Of a DNA stretch of 32,000 bases, positions 20,039-30,458 are shown one piece after another (the stretch's first letter is position 1; the number at the start of each line of letters is the position of its first letter). Under the pieces are notes generated by a model. That model saw only the letters and a program-made list of their open reading frames with translations, was not told the DNA's origin and searched no databases. Position numbers and translations under genes: made by a program. The stretch comes from Candidatus Harpocratesius repetitus (GTDB lineage: Archaea > Asgardarchaeota > Lokiarchaeia > Sigyniarchaeales > Promethearchaeaceae): assembly GCA_021498095.1 (NCBI GenBank), contig JAIZWK010000001.1:60001-92000 (forward strand), written 5' to 3'.

Positions 20039-20458
20039 ATGCTGAGAAATAATGGGACTAATTCAGTGGGTTCAAAAGTTTATATGGGTATAGATACAAA
20101 CAATGTAAAGGAATGTGTATATACAAAGCCAGAAAAGATCGATCCAGGATATGTATGGTGGGGAATCTACAACGTTCCAACAAAAAAGCGAAAACATCAG
20201 AAAATTGGTGTTCATAAAGTTGGTGCTTTTGTTGAACTTCATAATGCTAAACATTATGCAGGAAAAGCCGCCAGAATTGCCTTGGGTGCATTAACTGGTT
20301 TTTCTCCTGGTGCAAAAATTCATGGTATGAGTTTGGGTTTTAAAGTTACTAATGGAATTTCTTGTCCAAATTGCAAAGTCCCGTTAAATTTCCGTAGAGA
20401 TGCTGATGGAATCCCCTTTTGGAATTGCCCTCAGTGCCAAAAACAATTTTACGAATAA
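20039..20458 (+). CDS. Hypothetical protein with C-terminal zinc ribbon
   Basis: CPNC-x17-CPQC at the C-terminus. The frame is open from 19988, so the start is uncertain. Confidence 0.6.
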   Translation: MLRNNGTNSVGSKVYMGIDTNNVKECVYTKPEKIDPGYVWWGIYNVPTKKRKHQKIGVHKVGAFVELHNAKHYAGKAARIALGALTGFSPGAKIHGMSLGFKVTNGISCPNCKVPLNFRRDADGIPFWNCPQCQKQFYE

Positions 20459-20586
20459 AATTTTCGCTCTCTTTTTTATTTCCTTTTTAAAATTCATTGT
20501 AGAAATTGAAAATTTCAGAAATAAATATAATATCTACGATTATTTCATTTTTTCTTAAAAAAAGAGATATTTTTATTAACGAAAGA

Positions 20587-21444
20587 TCAATTCACTGACA
20601 CCTTGGTTTGAATCTTTTTCCCAAAATTTTCGTTTAATTGAAATAATTTTTTAATTCTTGAATTATTCCATTCACTAAAGAGAATTTTTGGACTAAATTT
20701 ATACGAAACAAATGTAATTTCTAAGATTTCTGGGTTATTTTTGGTAATAATAAATTCCCGAAGTCGCTGTTCTAAACCCTCAAGTGTTTCAGTGCCCGTC
20801 AATTGTACGCGAGTTTCAATCACACTATTTATATTCTCCGCGAGATTATCCAATTGAGACTTTTTCCAAAATAAGTCTTGTGTTTCCCTAATAGCAGCTG
20901 CAACTGCAGGAAGCACACCTTTCGCCAATCTTAGAATTTTACGAGAAGGACCAATTTTCGCATATCCCCGTTTTCATCTGTCAAAAACTGTAAAGAGTCC
21001 TTTCCCTCCCCGCATTATTTTTGCTTTCTGGTTTTTTCTTTGTTTTCCTCGCCCGTTCTTCACACCTTTTGGTCTGTCCCACCTTTTTGGTATTGGCAAA
21101 CTCAAATCATCTTCATTCACTAAGTAAAAGTATTCTTTTATCATCTCGCCTAGCATGCTGTCAAGCACTTCTCTGACACCTCCAGATGTAGTCAAGGCAA
21201 ATTGTCGGGCAGTATTGTGCGTTTTATTGAATAAGCATGCAGGTTTTTTACACTGATAATATTGAACCCTCCTCCCTTTCCGTTTATGAGTGCCATATAC
21301 TCAGACGACAGCAGAGCGGCATTCTGGGCACAAAACAGGTATTATTTATAGAATTTCTTCCCTTCCATCTTCAAAATTAATGTATAATGGCTCGAATAAT
21401 GGAGAGTATTCCTTTTTAGGGTGTCCTATCATAGGATAACACAT
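20587..21444 (-). pseudogene. Decayed transposase-like gene with N-terminal zinc ribbon
   Basis: One frame from ATG 21444 reads ...LCPECRSAVV*VYGTHKRKGRRVQYYQCKKPAC..., an IS-type Zn ribbon. In-frame stops at 21346, 21301 and 20974 link the two listed ORFs. Family not assigned; the downstream frame is uncertain. Confidence 0.55.
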
Positions 21445-21753
21445 GATCGACACGATTTATACATTTCTAAAATATCGGTTTACAACTTGACTTGAAATAG
21501 ATGCTTAAGAAGGTCTACGTTTTGCTCCTAAATTTCAAAGAGATTGCCAAAAATAATTCTTTGAAAGATAATTTAGGAATAATTTAAAAAGTAGGGATTC
21601 TCTTAATTGATCCTTTATCATTAAAAATAGTAGAACTTTTTAATTAATTTTTCATATTTAATAACTAAATAGGCTTAATACTTTCTGAATACTATTTTTT
21701 ACAATATAAAGAGAATTAGCTTTTTTTTTACAATAAACAAAAAGGGATATAAG

Positions 21754-24700
21754 ATGACAAAATCAAAGAGAATCTCTTATTTTGGATTATTATGCATAGT
21801 TGGGCTATTTTTAACACTACCAATTATCATCCAATCTAACAGCACTCAAGAAAGATTAGAAACCTTTATTGATAATGGATTAAAAAAAGATAGTCAAATT
21901 TTTAGCATTAAAGATCAAGATACTGGAGAAAATTTATTCATCCAGAATGATGAAATCGTGGATATAACAGACCAAACCTATATGAATATTTACATTTTTG
22001 ATTCTGCTCAGGTCACTCTTACGAATGTCATTGTGACAGGCGATATTGAAGTATCAGGGAATGCGACCCTGCTCATGCATGATGGAGGAAGCGCCAATCG
22101 GCTAATACTTTCCAACAATGCGACTGCAACCCTCGATAACATCACGTGTATCTATGAAAAAATTATTGGAAGCGAAAATAGTACTCTCATCTACACAAAC
22201 ACAAAGAATTCTGAATATTTTGAAGCAGCTTTTAACGATTTTGCTCGCATACAAATATCCAATGCAATTTGGAATGCATATACCAACTTTTATGATTATA
22301 GTTGGTTAACCGCGGCTAATACAGAACTTAGTGATAATCTGTATTTTTATGAACAATCTACGGGTAATTTTGTCAATTCGGAGATTTCAAGTTATGTGGT
22401 AAGAGGATACAGTGCTTCAACATTCAATTTCTGGAACACATCAGTTCAACGCCTTGAACTGGAAGGAAACCGCTACGAATATGAAGAAGGTTGGCTTTCA
22501 CTCAATGCGAACAATTTATCAGTAATCAATGAATTTCGAGTGAGAAACAATGTAGTTTTAAATGTATCGGATTCTAATATTGAAGCGGGAATTCAATGTT
22601 TTAGGGATTCTTACTCTGTTTTTAGCCCTAATGTTTCATTATCCAACATAAATGCCACCTTAACAAAAGATTCAATGGGATCTTCGGATACTTTCAATGA
22701 AATTGAAACACTATATGTCAGTAATTCCACAATTATTGTGATGTTTTTGGATGTATCTAAATTATATGGTACCGATCACTCTCAGATCTCCTATCTAATG
22801 TCTTCTTTTGGAACATATTATGATCTCGATGGAACGAATACTTTCGAACAAGGCGTGACGGGAATTTATAATGGAAATTATTTCATTCTGGAAGAAGAAT
22901 TACTTACACTCTCTGAAGAAGCATATAATAATATATATTTATGCGATAATGTGAATGTTACCCTGCACAACGTAATTGTTTCTGGTGATATCGAAGTATC
23001 AGGGAATGCGACCCTGCTCATGCATGATGGAGGAAGCGCCAATCGGCTAATACTTTCCAACAATGCGACTGCAACCCTCGATAACATCACGTGTATCTAT
23101 GAAAAAATTATTGGAAGCGAAAATAGTACTCTCATCTACACAAACACAAAGAATTCTGAATATTTTAAAGCGACTTTTAACGATTTTGCTCGCTTACAAA
23201 TATCTAATGCAATTTGGAATGCATATACCAACTTTTATGATTATAGTTGGTTAACCGCGGCTAATACAGAACTTAGTGATATTCTGTATTTTTATGAACA
23301 ATCTACGGGTAATTTTGTCAATTCGAAGATTTCAGGTTATCAGGTATGCGTATACAGAGCTGCAACATTAAATTTCTGGAACACATCAGTTCAACGCCTT
23401 GAACTGGAAGGAAACCGCTACGAATATGAAGAAGGTTGGCTTTCACTCAATGCCAACAATTTATCAGTAATCAATGAATTTCGAGTGAAAAACAATGTGG
23501 TTTTAAATGTATCAGATTCCAATATTGAAGCGGGAATTCAATGTTTTAGGGATTCTTACTCTGTTTTTAGCCCTAATATTTCATTAACCAACATAAATGC
23601 CACCTTAACAAAAGATTCAACGGAATCTTCGGATACAATCAATGAAATTGAAACACTACATGTCAGTAATTCCACAATTATTGTGATGTTTTTGGATGTA
23701 TCTAAATTATATGGTACCGATCACTCTCAGATCTCCTATCTAATGTCTTCTTTTGGAACATATTATGATCTCGATGGAACGAATACTTTCGAACAAGGCG
23801 TGACGGGGGTTTATAATGGAAATTATTTCATTCTGGAAGAAAAATTACTTACACTCTCTGAAGAAACATATAATAATATATATTTATGCGATAATGTGAA
23901 TGTTACCCTACACAACGTAATTGTTTCTGGCGATATCGAAGTATCAGGGAATGCGACCCTGCTCATGCATGATGGAGGAAGCGCCAATCGGCTAATACTT
24001 TCCAACAATGCGACTGCAACCCTCGATAACATCACGTGTATCTATGAAAAAATTATTGGAAGCGAAAATAGTACTCTCATCTACACAAACACAAAGAATT
24101 CTGAATATTTTAAAGCGACTTTTAACGATTTTGCTCGCTTACAAATATCTAATGCAATTTGGAATGCATATACCAACTTTTATGATTATAGTTGGTTAAC
24201 CGCGGCTAATACAGAACTTAGTGATATTCTGTATTTTTATGAACAATCTACGGGTAATTTTGTCAATTCGGAGATTTCAAGTTATGTGGTAAGAGGATAC
24301 AGTGCTTCAACATTCAATTTCTGGAACACATCAGTTCAACGCCTTGAACTGGAAGGAAACCGCTACGAATATGAAGAAGGTTGGCTTTCACTCAATGCGA
24401 ACAATTTATCAGTAATCAATGAATTTCGAGTGAAAAACAATGTGGTTTTAAATGTATCAGATTCCAATATTGAAGCGGGAATTCAATGTTTTAGGGATTC
24501 TTACTCTGTTTTTAGCCCTAATATTTCATTAACCAACATAAATGCCACCTTAACAAAAGATTCAACGGGATCTTCGGATACAATCAATGAAATTGAAACA
24601 CTACGTGTCAGTAATTCCATAATTTCTGTAATGTTTTTAGAGATCCATATCCTTAACGCCACAAACAATTCTCGTATCTGTGATCAAAACGTCATTTTTG

Positions 24701-26874
24701 GACAGATCTTTTTGGATAAAACGTCGATGATTGTTGGAGATGATTTAGATCAAGATGGTTTGAGTGATTCAACCGAAACACAAGTGTATCTCACCGATCC
24801 CAATAACCCCGATTCCGATGGCGATGGTTACGGTGATGGTGAAGAAATCCATTTTGGATCTGATCCGCTTAATGCCATGGATATCCCCGAAGACAACGAA
24901 TACGCTACAATTATTTCGACTGGAGTGCAAGAAGGCAACACTTATCATCATGATGTACTTATTCATGTTTCCACTTGGGATAATCGGGGAATAAAAAATG
25001 TACGTCTCTATCTAAATAGCACACTCCTTTATGAAGAAAATATCTCTGCACAATACTATTGGCTCAACGGAACCATTGAATTTGATTATACTTTGCACAC
25101 ATATGATTTTGCTGATGGTGAATACTTATTAGCAGTACAGGTAATCGATATTCACGATAATCCCAATGAAAATTTATATTTCATTTCATTCGATAACACT
25201 CCGATTTCAATTACCCTAACTGGAGAAAACATTCTTCATAATAATTCAAGAACGGCGAGTGGGATTATCCCATCGATAAAATTTTCTGAACCACCCCAAA
25301 TTGTTTTCTATTCATGGGACGGGGCACCAAATACGACAATCTTGCAAGCGATCCCTGTTGGAGATGGATGGCACTTTTTACGGGTTAATGTATGGGATGC
25401 TGTCGGGAATCACAATGCCACTACATTTGCCTTTGAAGTCGATGATAGTGTTATTTATGCCTATTTAGGAGGCGGGCTTGAAAATAACGATTTCATCACA
25501 AGTGATACGCTGATTGAAGTGACTTTTAGCAAACCACCAAAGGAAGTATATTATGCTTGGGATGGAGGTCCAGAAAATATTACTTTACCACCCATACCTG
25601 CAACGCAAGGAATACATGAATTGACAATCCGTACAATTTCTGATACAAACATTGAACATGTTACGACCTATACATTTACGGTGGATGATTTTCCCCCGGT
25701 TATAGAATTATTGACCCTCGTGGAAAATGAAAGTTATCTCAGTGGAACCGTCGTGGAATTCAATATTTCAGAACCTCTTTCCATATTAGAATTTGCATGG
25801 GATAACGGCGCAAATTTCACCACGACTCCCATGATCCCAGTTGGAGATGGTAATCATACGCTTACAGTTTGGGCGGCCGATTTTGTTCCCCATTGGACTA
25901 TTCGTGAATTTACCTTTGTCACCGATGATCCTCTCACTTTGATCTTTTTAGATGTAAGTAATGGAAGTATTTTGGAAAGTGGAGTTCCCATCATTATGGA
26001 CATTCGGGGACATACGGGAGATTACCTGTATTGGTGGGATAATAATTCGGCAGAACTTTCCAATACCTTCGAACCGAATCAATGGCCGATCACCCCACTC
26101 TTGGATGGAGAACATACTCTTTCAGTGTTAATTAGTGATAATTTTGGTAATTCCCTTCTTGGCACCTTAAATGTGATAGTAGCCAATCCGCTGATCAGCA
26201 TTATAGTCGATTACCCAATGAATAATACAATCATTTCGGAGACTCAAGAAATTCATGTTTCTTTTTCCGAACCTCCGCAAGCCACTCATTATTGCTGGGA
26301 TTTCGGCAACATCACAACGGAATTACAACCGATTCCATTGATTGAAGGTCCGCATGTGTTAGAAATTTGGGCATTAAATGAACACAATAGCTGGAGCTAC
26401 GCCCGATACGAGTGGAATTTAAACATTAATGATGCCCCAACTCTTGAATTAATCTATCCTACAGGAGGCGAAATACTACAAGGAGTGATTACTATTTCTT
26501 GGGATGGAAATGATGCTGACAATGATCCGTTAATTTATTCTATCTATCTCAGTCTAAATAATCAGGATTGGATTTTGGTAGTCTCTGGGCTCAATCGGGA
26601 AGTCTATGAAATTAACACCAATGATTATGAAGAAGGTGTATATTATTTGAAAATTGTCGCATCAGATGGGATATTAGAAACAGAAGCCTATTTAGATGGA
26701 AAGATAACGCTGAAACACACTTCCGATAATGAACCTGCCGATACTGAGCAGCCCCTTGATGAAAACCCATTTGACGATTGGGAAAGTATCCCAGGATATT
26801 CGATGACAATATTAACGGGACTACTCGCAGTTTCGATAATGACGCTCACATTCGCCCACAAAAAGCGAAGATGA
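21754..26874 (+). CDS. Large cell-surface protein: N-terminal signal/TM, beta-helix-like 315-aa repeats, TSP3-like Asp repeats, Ig-like repeats, Loki-CTERM-type sorting signal
   Basis: Hydrophobic N-terminus; three Asn/Ser/Thr-rich repeats; DLDQDGLSDSTE...DPNNPDSDGDGYGDGEE; repeated WDG..IP.GDG.H.L modules; C-terminal SIPGY + TM + KKRR. Confidence 0.9.
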   Translation: MTKSKRISYFGLLCIVGLFLTLPIIIQSNSTQERLETFIDNGLKKDSQIFSIKDQDTGENLFIQNDEIVDITDQTYMNIYIFDSAQVTLTNVIVTGDIEVSGNATLLMHDGGSANRLILSNNATATLDNITCIYEKIIGSENSTLIYTNTKNSEYFEAAFNDFARIQISNAIWNAYTNFYDYSWLTAANTELSDNLYFYEQSTGNFVNSEISSYVVRGYSASTFNFWNTSVQRLELEGNRYEYEEGWLSLNANNLSVINEFRVRNNVVLNVSDSNIEAGIQCFRDSYSVFSPNVSLSNINATLTKDSMGSSDTFNEIETLYVSNSTIIVMFLDVSKLYGTDHSQISYLMSSFGTYYDLDGTNTFEQGVTGIYNGNYFILEEELLTLSEEAYNNIYLCDNVNVTLHNVIVSGDIEVSGNATLLMHDGGSANRLILSNNATATLDNITCIYEKIIGSENSTLIYTNTKNSEYFKATFNDFARLQISNAIWNAYTNFYDYSWLTAANTELSDILYFYEQSTGNFVNSKISGYQVCVYRAATLNFWNTSVQRLELEGNRYEYEEGWLSLNANNLSVINEFRVKNNVVLNVSDSNIEAGIQCFRDSYSVFSPNISLTNINATLTKDSTESSDTINEIETLHVSNSTIIVMFLDVSKLYGTDHSQISYLMSSFGTYYDLDGTNTFEQGVTGVYNGNYFILEEKLLTLSEETYNNIYLCDNVNVTLHNVIVSGDIEVSGNATLLMHDGGSANRLILSNNATATLDNITCIYEKIIGSENSTLIYTNTKNSEYFKATFNDFARLQISNAIWNAYTNFYDYSWLTAANTELSDILYFYEQSTGNFVNSEISSYVVRGYSASTFNFWNTSVQRLELEGNRYEYEEGWLSLNANNLSVINEFRVKNNVVLNVSDSNIEAGIQCFRDSYSVFSPNISLTNINATLTKDSTGSSDTINEIETLRVSNSIISVMFLEIHILNATNNSRICDQNVIFGQIFLDKTSMIVGDDLDQDGLSDSTETQVYLTDPNNPDSDGDGYGDGEEIHFGSDPLNAMDIPEDNEYATIISTGVQEGNTYHHDVLIHVSTWDNRGIKNVRLYLNSTLLYEENISAQYYWLNGTIEFDYTLHTYDFADGEYLLAVQVIDIHDNPNENLYFISFDNTPISITLTGENILHNNSRTASGIIPSIKFSEPPQIVFYSWDGAPNTTILQAIPVGDGWHFLRVNVWDAVGNHNATTFAFEVDDSVIYAYLGGGLENNDFITSDTLIEVTFSKPPKEVYYAWDGGPENITLPPIPATQGIHELTIRTISDTNIEHVTTYTFTVDDFPPVIELLTLVENESYLSGTVVEFNISEPLSILEFAWDNGANFTTTPMIPVGDGNHTLTVWAADFVPHWTIREFTFVTDDPLTLIFLDVSNGSILESGVPIIMDIRGHTGDYLYWWDNNSAELSNTFEPNQWPITPLLDGEHTLSVLISDNFGNSLLGTLNVIVANPLISIIVDYPMNNTIISETQEIHVSFSEPPQATHYCWDFGNITTELQPIPLIEGPHVLEIWALNEHNSWSYARYEWNLNINDAPTLELIYPTGGEILQGVITISWDGNDADNDPLIYSIYLSLNNQDWILVVSGLNREVYEINTNDYEEGVYYLKIVASDGILETEAYLDGKITLKHTSDNEPADTEQPLDENPFDDWESIPGYSMTILTGLLAVSIMTLTFAHKKRR
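22039..24620 (+). repeat. 945-bp (315-aa) intragenic tandem repeat, ~2.7 copies
   Basis: GG(C/T)GATAT(T/C)GAAGTATCAGGG starts at 22039, 22984 and 23929. Near-identical shadow ORFs at 22118, 23063 and 24008 confirm the 945-nt period. Confidence 0.95.
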
Positions 26875-27452
26875 GGCGTGAGAACATAAAAATGAGAATT
26901 AATTGGAATAAAATGATTATTTCGTGTTCATTGACCTTTTTTACCTTTTTCACCTTTTTTATTTTTACATTCTTCAAGAGTTTCTCTTTTTTCGGTTATT
27001 TGTTCTTTTTATTCAATAGAACCTAAATTTCTCTAATATTGAGATAACTAAAGATATTATAGAATTAGAAGCCCTTTTTCTTGAAATCTTAAACTTCATT
27101 GAAAGAAAATTATTAAATAGACCTTTGTTCAAAGTACTATTCGAAAATCAAAAGGTTCAGGCAATGCCAAGTAAAATTTCAAAAATTCTTTCAGGATATA
27201 AAACTTCTTTAGAACATGCGAAAAAATTATATTATCTACCATATAAATTCGAATTGTATATACGACATAAACTTTGTGGAAAATATCCAAAAGAAGATTC
27301 TTATCTAAAGTGACAACTTTTTCTTCGCTTTAACAGATGACATTCTTCAAATACAAAAATTAGATGAAAATTAAAAAGATAGAATAAAAAAAAGGAGTAT
27401 CCAAATTGAACCTTGAATTTTATAATTCATCTTGACTTGCTTTTTTTTTCAA

Positions 27453-27881
27453 TTATTTTTTAATTTTTTCCAAAATTGGTTTCGATCTTCGACGGAGTAT
27501 TTCCCTTTCTTTGGAAGACTGAAACATATTTTCAAAAATCCGATGCTTACAATCATCCCAGCGCTTGCGGAAACCGTAAAAATATTCGGAAATTTCTAAA
27601 GGGTCCCCAAATACCACCTTGTAATTCTTTATCACACTTATTTGAATTTGGATGGGTAAAGTTTCAAAAATATGGATTTCATAAGGCTTAAAATTGTAAG
27701 GAAGAAATTTTTGAAAGATTGGACTAGTTTCTTGTTCATTTTCGGAATAGATCAATATTGCGATATCATAATCAGAATTCGGCCGATTGCCGCCTTCTAC
27801 CTGAGAACCGAAAAGAACCATATCAAAATTTGATAGATCTTTTAAATCATTTCGAATCTGACTGATTATTTCTGATTTCAT
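27453..27881 (-). CDS. Minimal nucleotidyltransferase (MNT) antitoxin
   Basis: LFGSQVEGGNRPNSDYDIAI is the GSx10DxD Pol-beta-type motif. Overlaps the HEPN gene by 35 nt. Confidence 0.9.
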   Translation of the reverse strand: MKSEIISQIRNDLKDLSNFDMVLFGSQVEGGNRPNSDYDIAILIYSENEQETSPIFQKFLPYNFKPYEIHIFETLPIQIQISVIKNYKVVFGDPLEISEYFYGFRKRWDDCKHRIFENMFQSSKEREILRRRSKPILEKIKK

Positions 27882-28281
27882 TAATAAGATACTCCAATTT
27901 ATCTATCCATACTAACAAGTATTTTTTAATTATTTCAATTTCCTGAAAGATTCGGGCTTCTTCAATCCCATTATACCTATGAACAAGAAGATTTCTCAAT
28001 CCATTTGCCTTTTCAAAAAAAATACCTAATTCTGGATTGATAATGTCTTTTTCGACTAAAAAACGAATGTTTTCTTTATCCGATTTTACGTCGTATCCCA
28101 AATCCTTAATAATCATGGCAATAGTGTCGATACTAGCTTCAATTGAAGTCTGAACACAATAAAGTATACCATTCTTTTCCAGATCATTTGAAGCATTTGG
28201 GATAAAATACTGAAGTTTATCTTGAATATAGGCAATTTTATCGAAATATCTTTTAAATCTAATATCATCCATGAAATCCAC
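27847..28281 (-). CDS. HEPN (DUF86/HepT-like) ribonuclease toxin
   Basis: GLRNLLVHRY carries the Rx4H motif; 144 aa helical; adjacent to MNT. Confidence 0.9.
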   Translation of the reverse strand: MDFMDDIRFKRYFDKIAYIQDKLQYFIPNASNDLEKNGILYCVQTSIEASIDTIAMIIKDLGYDVKSDKENIRFLVEKDIINPELGIFFEKANGLRNLLVHRYNGIEEARIFQEIEIIKKYLLVWIDKLEYLINEIRNNQSDSK

Positions 28282-28300
28282 ATCTATTGAACAAAAATAA

Positions 28301-28327
28301 TATCAAAATGATTATCAAAATGATTAT
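28301..28327. promoter_or_regulatory. Tandem palindromic boxes upstream of HEPN-MNT (candidate operator)
   Basis: TATCAAAATGAT twice plus TAT. Each unit contains ATCA-N3-TGAT, 20-45 nt upstream of the start codon. Confidence 0.4.
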
Positions 28328-28835
28328 TATAATATACTAATATAATACTTCTGATAAATCGTGTTGTATGATTTACTATCATTTTCTATTCGATATTTTT
28401 TATTTGATAATCTGGACAATTCTGGAAAGATCCTATCAATCGGATGTAATAGAATCGAACCAATTCTCTTTTATTTTTTTGTATTATTTTTTTTTTTCCT
28501 GGTCTATTATTATTAGTTTTGAGATGCTAATTTTCTTTCCTTCGCTTAAATGAGCAAAATTCAAATAATTTTTATCTACAAGAAAAATAAGCGGGGTTAA
28601 AGACATACTTTTCTCGAAATGGTGCAAAGGAACCCATTCTTAATCAACTTTATGATATTATTACTGTATGATATGGCTCTAATGAAAAAAAATTTAATTG
28701 CTTTCGAAAAGGAGGCACTACCCCCATTAGCTACATTTCTTTCACTTTTTAAGAGGTTTTAGGCAAATATCATTTTTAAGATTTTTTGATATTTTCTGCT
28801 TATCTTTTGCCCCTTTGTTTGTGTCTATCTCGTTT

Positions 28836-29920
28836 CTATTTTTGTCGAATGTTTTGGGTCGTTTCATGTACTAACAGTTTATATCCTTGTAAATATAATG
28901 TCATTCGGAGCATCTGTGCTTTATATCCGCTTCGTATTTGAGAAAATGCTGTGGAATGTTGAAATAAATCCTTACGATCTAATTTATGGCACGCAATTGT
29001 TTTTAGCAAATCTAAACAAAGAATCATATAACGATGCTTAGCGACCTCAGCAATTCTACGGATATTTACCCGACTGGCATTATAAAACAGAGTATTATGG
29101 GAGAATTGCCGTTCGTTGCATGTTCTTAGTCCATAAAGTTCATGTAATTCATCATTAGACCTTGAAGAAGAAATAAAATCACGATTAATTAATATACTAC
29201 TACTTAATTTTACTAAATTGTGCTTTTTAATATTTTTAGTAGCTCTAATCATCCCAACTGCTCCATGTTGATCTAATAACTGCAAGTTCTTTAATGAATA
29301 AGCACCTCCATCGTCTAAAACTAGTTTTATGGTTGCTTTGCCCATTTAAAAAAATATTTCATAGTTTCATAAAAATTTTTTTATCATAAAAATTTGCAGA
29401 AAATTGTAAATAGAATACAGGAGCAATAATAATACCACAATATGCATAAAGAGTTGATACCATATAACCTAAACCCAAAAATTTATTATTATATCGACCT
29501 AACCCTGCGTCCTTATAAGAATTATACTGTGATTTTGAAGATTTATAATCAGATGGATTGGAATAAACAGAATATCAACCCCAAATAAGAATTCGGAAGA
29601 CAATCATTCTCCGATTGAGTAGCGGCTCTACAAATGAAAAGAAATATTCTTTGAAAACATCTAAGAGTGTGTTATGATAAAAATCACAGAAACCTTGCAT
29701 AATAGGTACAAAATTGAGAGAGTTTAAATGGGAAAATATGCTGTTGGGTTAAGATTTGATAAAATTCGCCAAAATTGAGAATGATGCTCAATTCCTGAAT
29801 GAATGCGTAAACATTCATTTATGAACATATTATGCAAACATGGAATATTTCGTAAAATTCCTATTATTTCCAAAATGACCACCTATTTGTCCCAATGCGA
29901 AAGATCTTGCGTAAAAAATA
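28836..29920 (-). pseudogene. IS4/IS5-like DDE transposase remnant
   Basis: Joined frames read ILIWG*...KDAGLGRYNNKFLGLGYMVS...SANFYDKKIF / VLDDGGAYS / LYGLRTCNERQFS (Y-x2-R-x3-E signature). Stops and frameshifts present. The 5' boundary is approximate. Confidence 0.7.
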
Positions 29921-29980
29921 GGTTATTATAAAATCCTTTAAAATTTTGCACTTCCCAATATAGTACGGCATCGATTTGAT

Positions 29981-30301
29981 CTAAATATTTTTTTCCTGGA
30001 GATAAAAATTAGTGATTAATGTGTGACGAAGATTGTATAATCTGCCGTATGTCTTAATAACTTGAGAAACTGCATCTTTTTCAACTTCAGGATTATTTTT
30101 CTTTTCTTTTTTATATGAGCCTCGTAAAATTTCATTTTTAGCACATAATCTTTTCATTCTGCAATAGGTTTCCGACAGTGTTTTATGAGCCCACTGAAAT
30201 AATCTTGATTCCGTTCTATTCGATCCAAGTAATTTTTGGGTGTATTTCCATAGCAATTTTACATCTTTTACGTTCTGCAAAAAAAAGTTTGTCCGTTTCA
30301 A
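29981..30301 (-). CDS. Hypothetical basic protein (106 aa)
   Basis: ORF only, TTG start, no motif recognised. Confidence 0.4.
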   Translation of the reverse strand: MKRTNFFLQNVKDVKLLWKYTQKLLGSNRTESRLFQWAHKTLSETYCRMKRLCAKNEILRGSYKKEKKNNPEVEKDAVSQVIKTYGRLYNLRHTLITNFYLQEKNI

Positions 30302-30458
30302 GTACCATTTAATCTCTATGATAGAAGCTTTTTTTGACTGCGAAATAAGAACAGTAAACAGACCTCATATAATAAAATTAATAATTCAACAAGACAATAA
30401 TGTTTAAATTTGGTAATAAAAAACTATAATTCATCCATAAGGATAAAAAAACAATTAA

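Noticed and set aside
20974-21303. In-frame TGA codons as selenocysteine
   Set aside because: Not in redox-motif contexts, accompanied by a TAA in the same frame, and the gene looks like a decayed transposase.
22118-24199. Repeated 63-aa and 70-aa ORFs
   Set aside because: Alternative-frame shadows of the 945-bp repeats.
26778-27313. ORFs 26778-27026 and 27125-27313
   Set aside because: The first overlaps the surface gene end and a T-rich terminator-like tract; the second is short with a TTG start and no motif.
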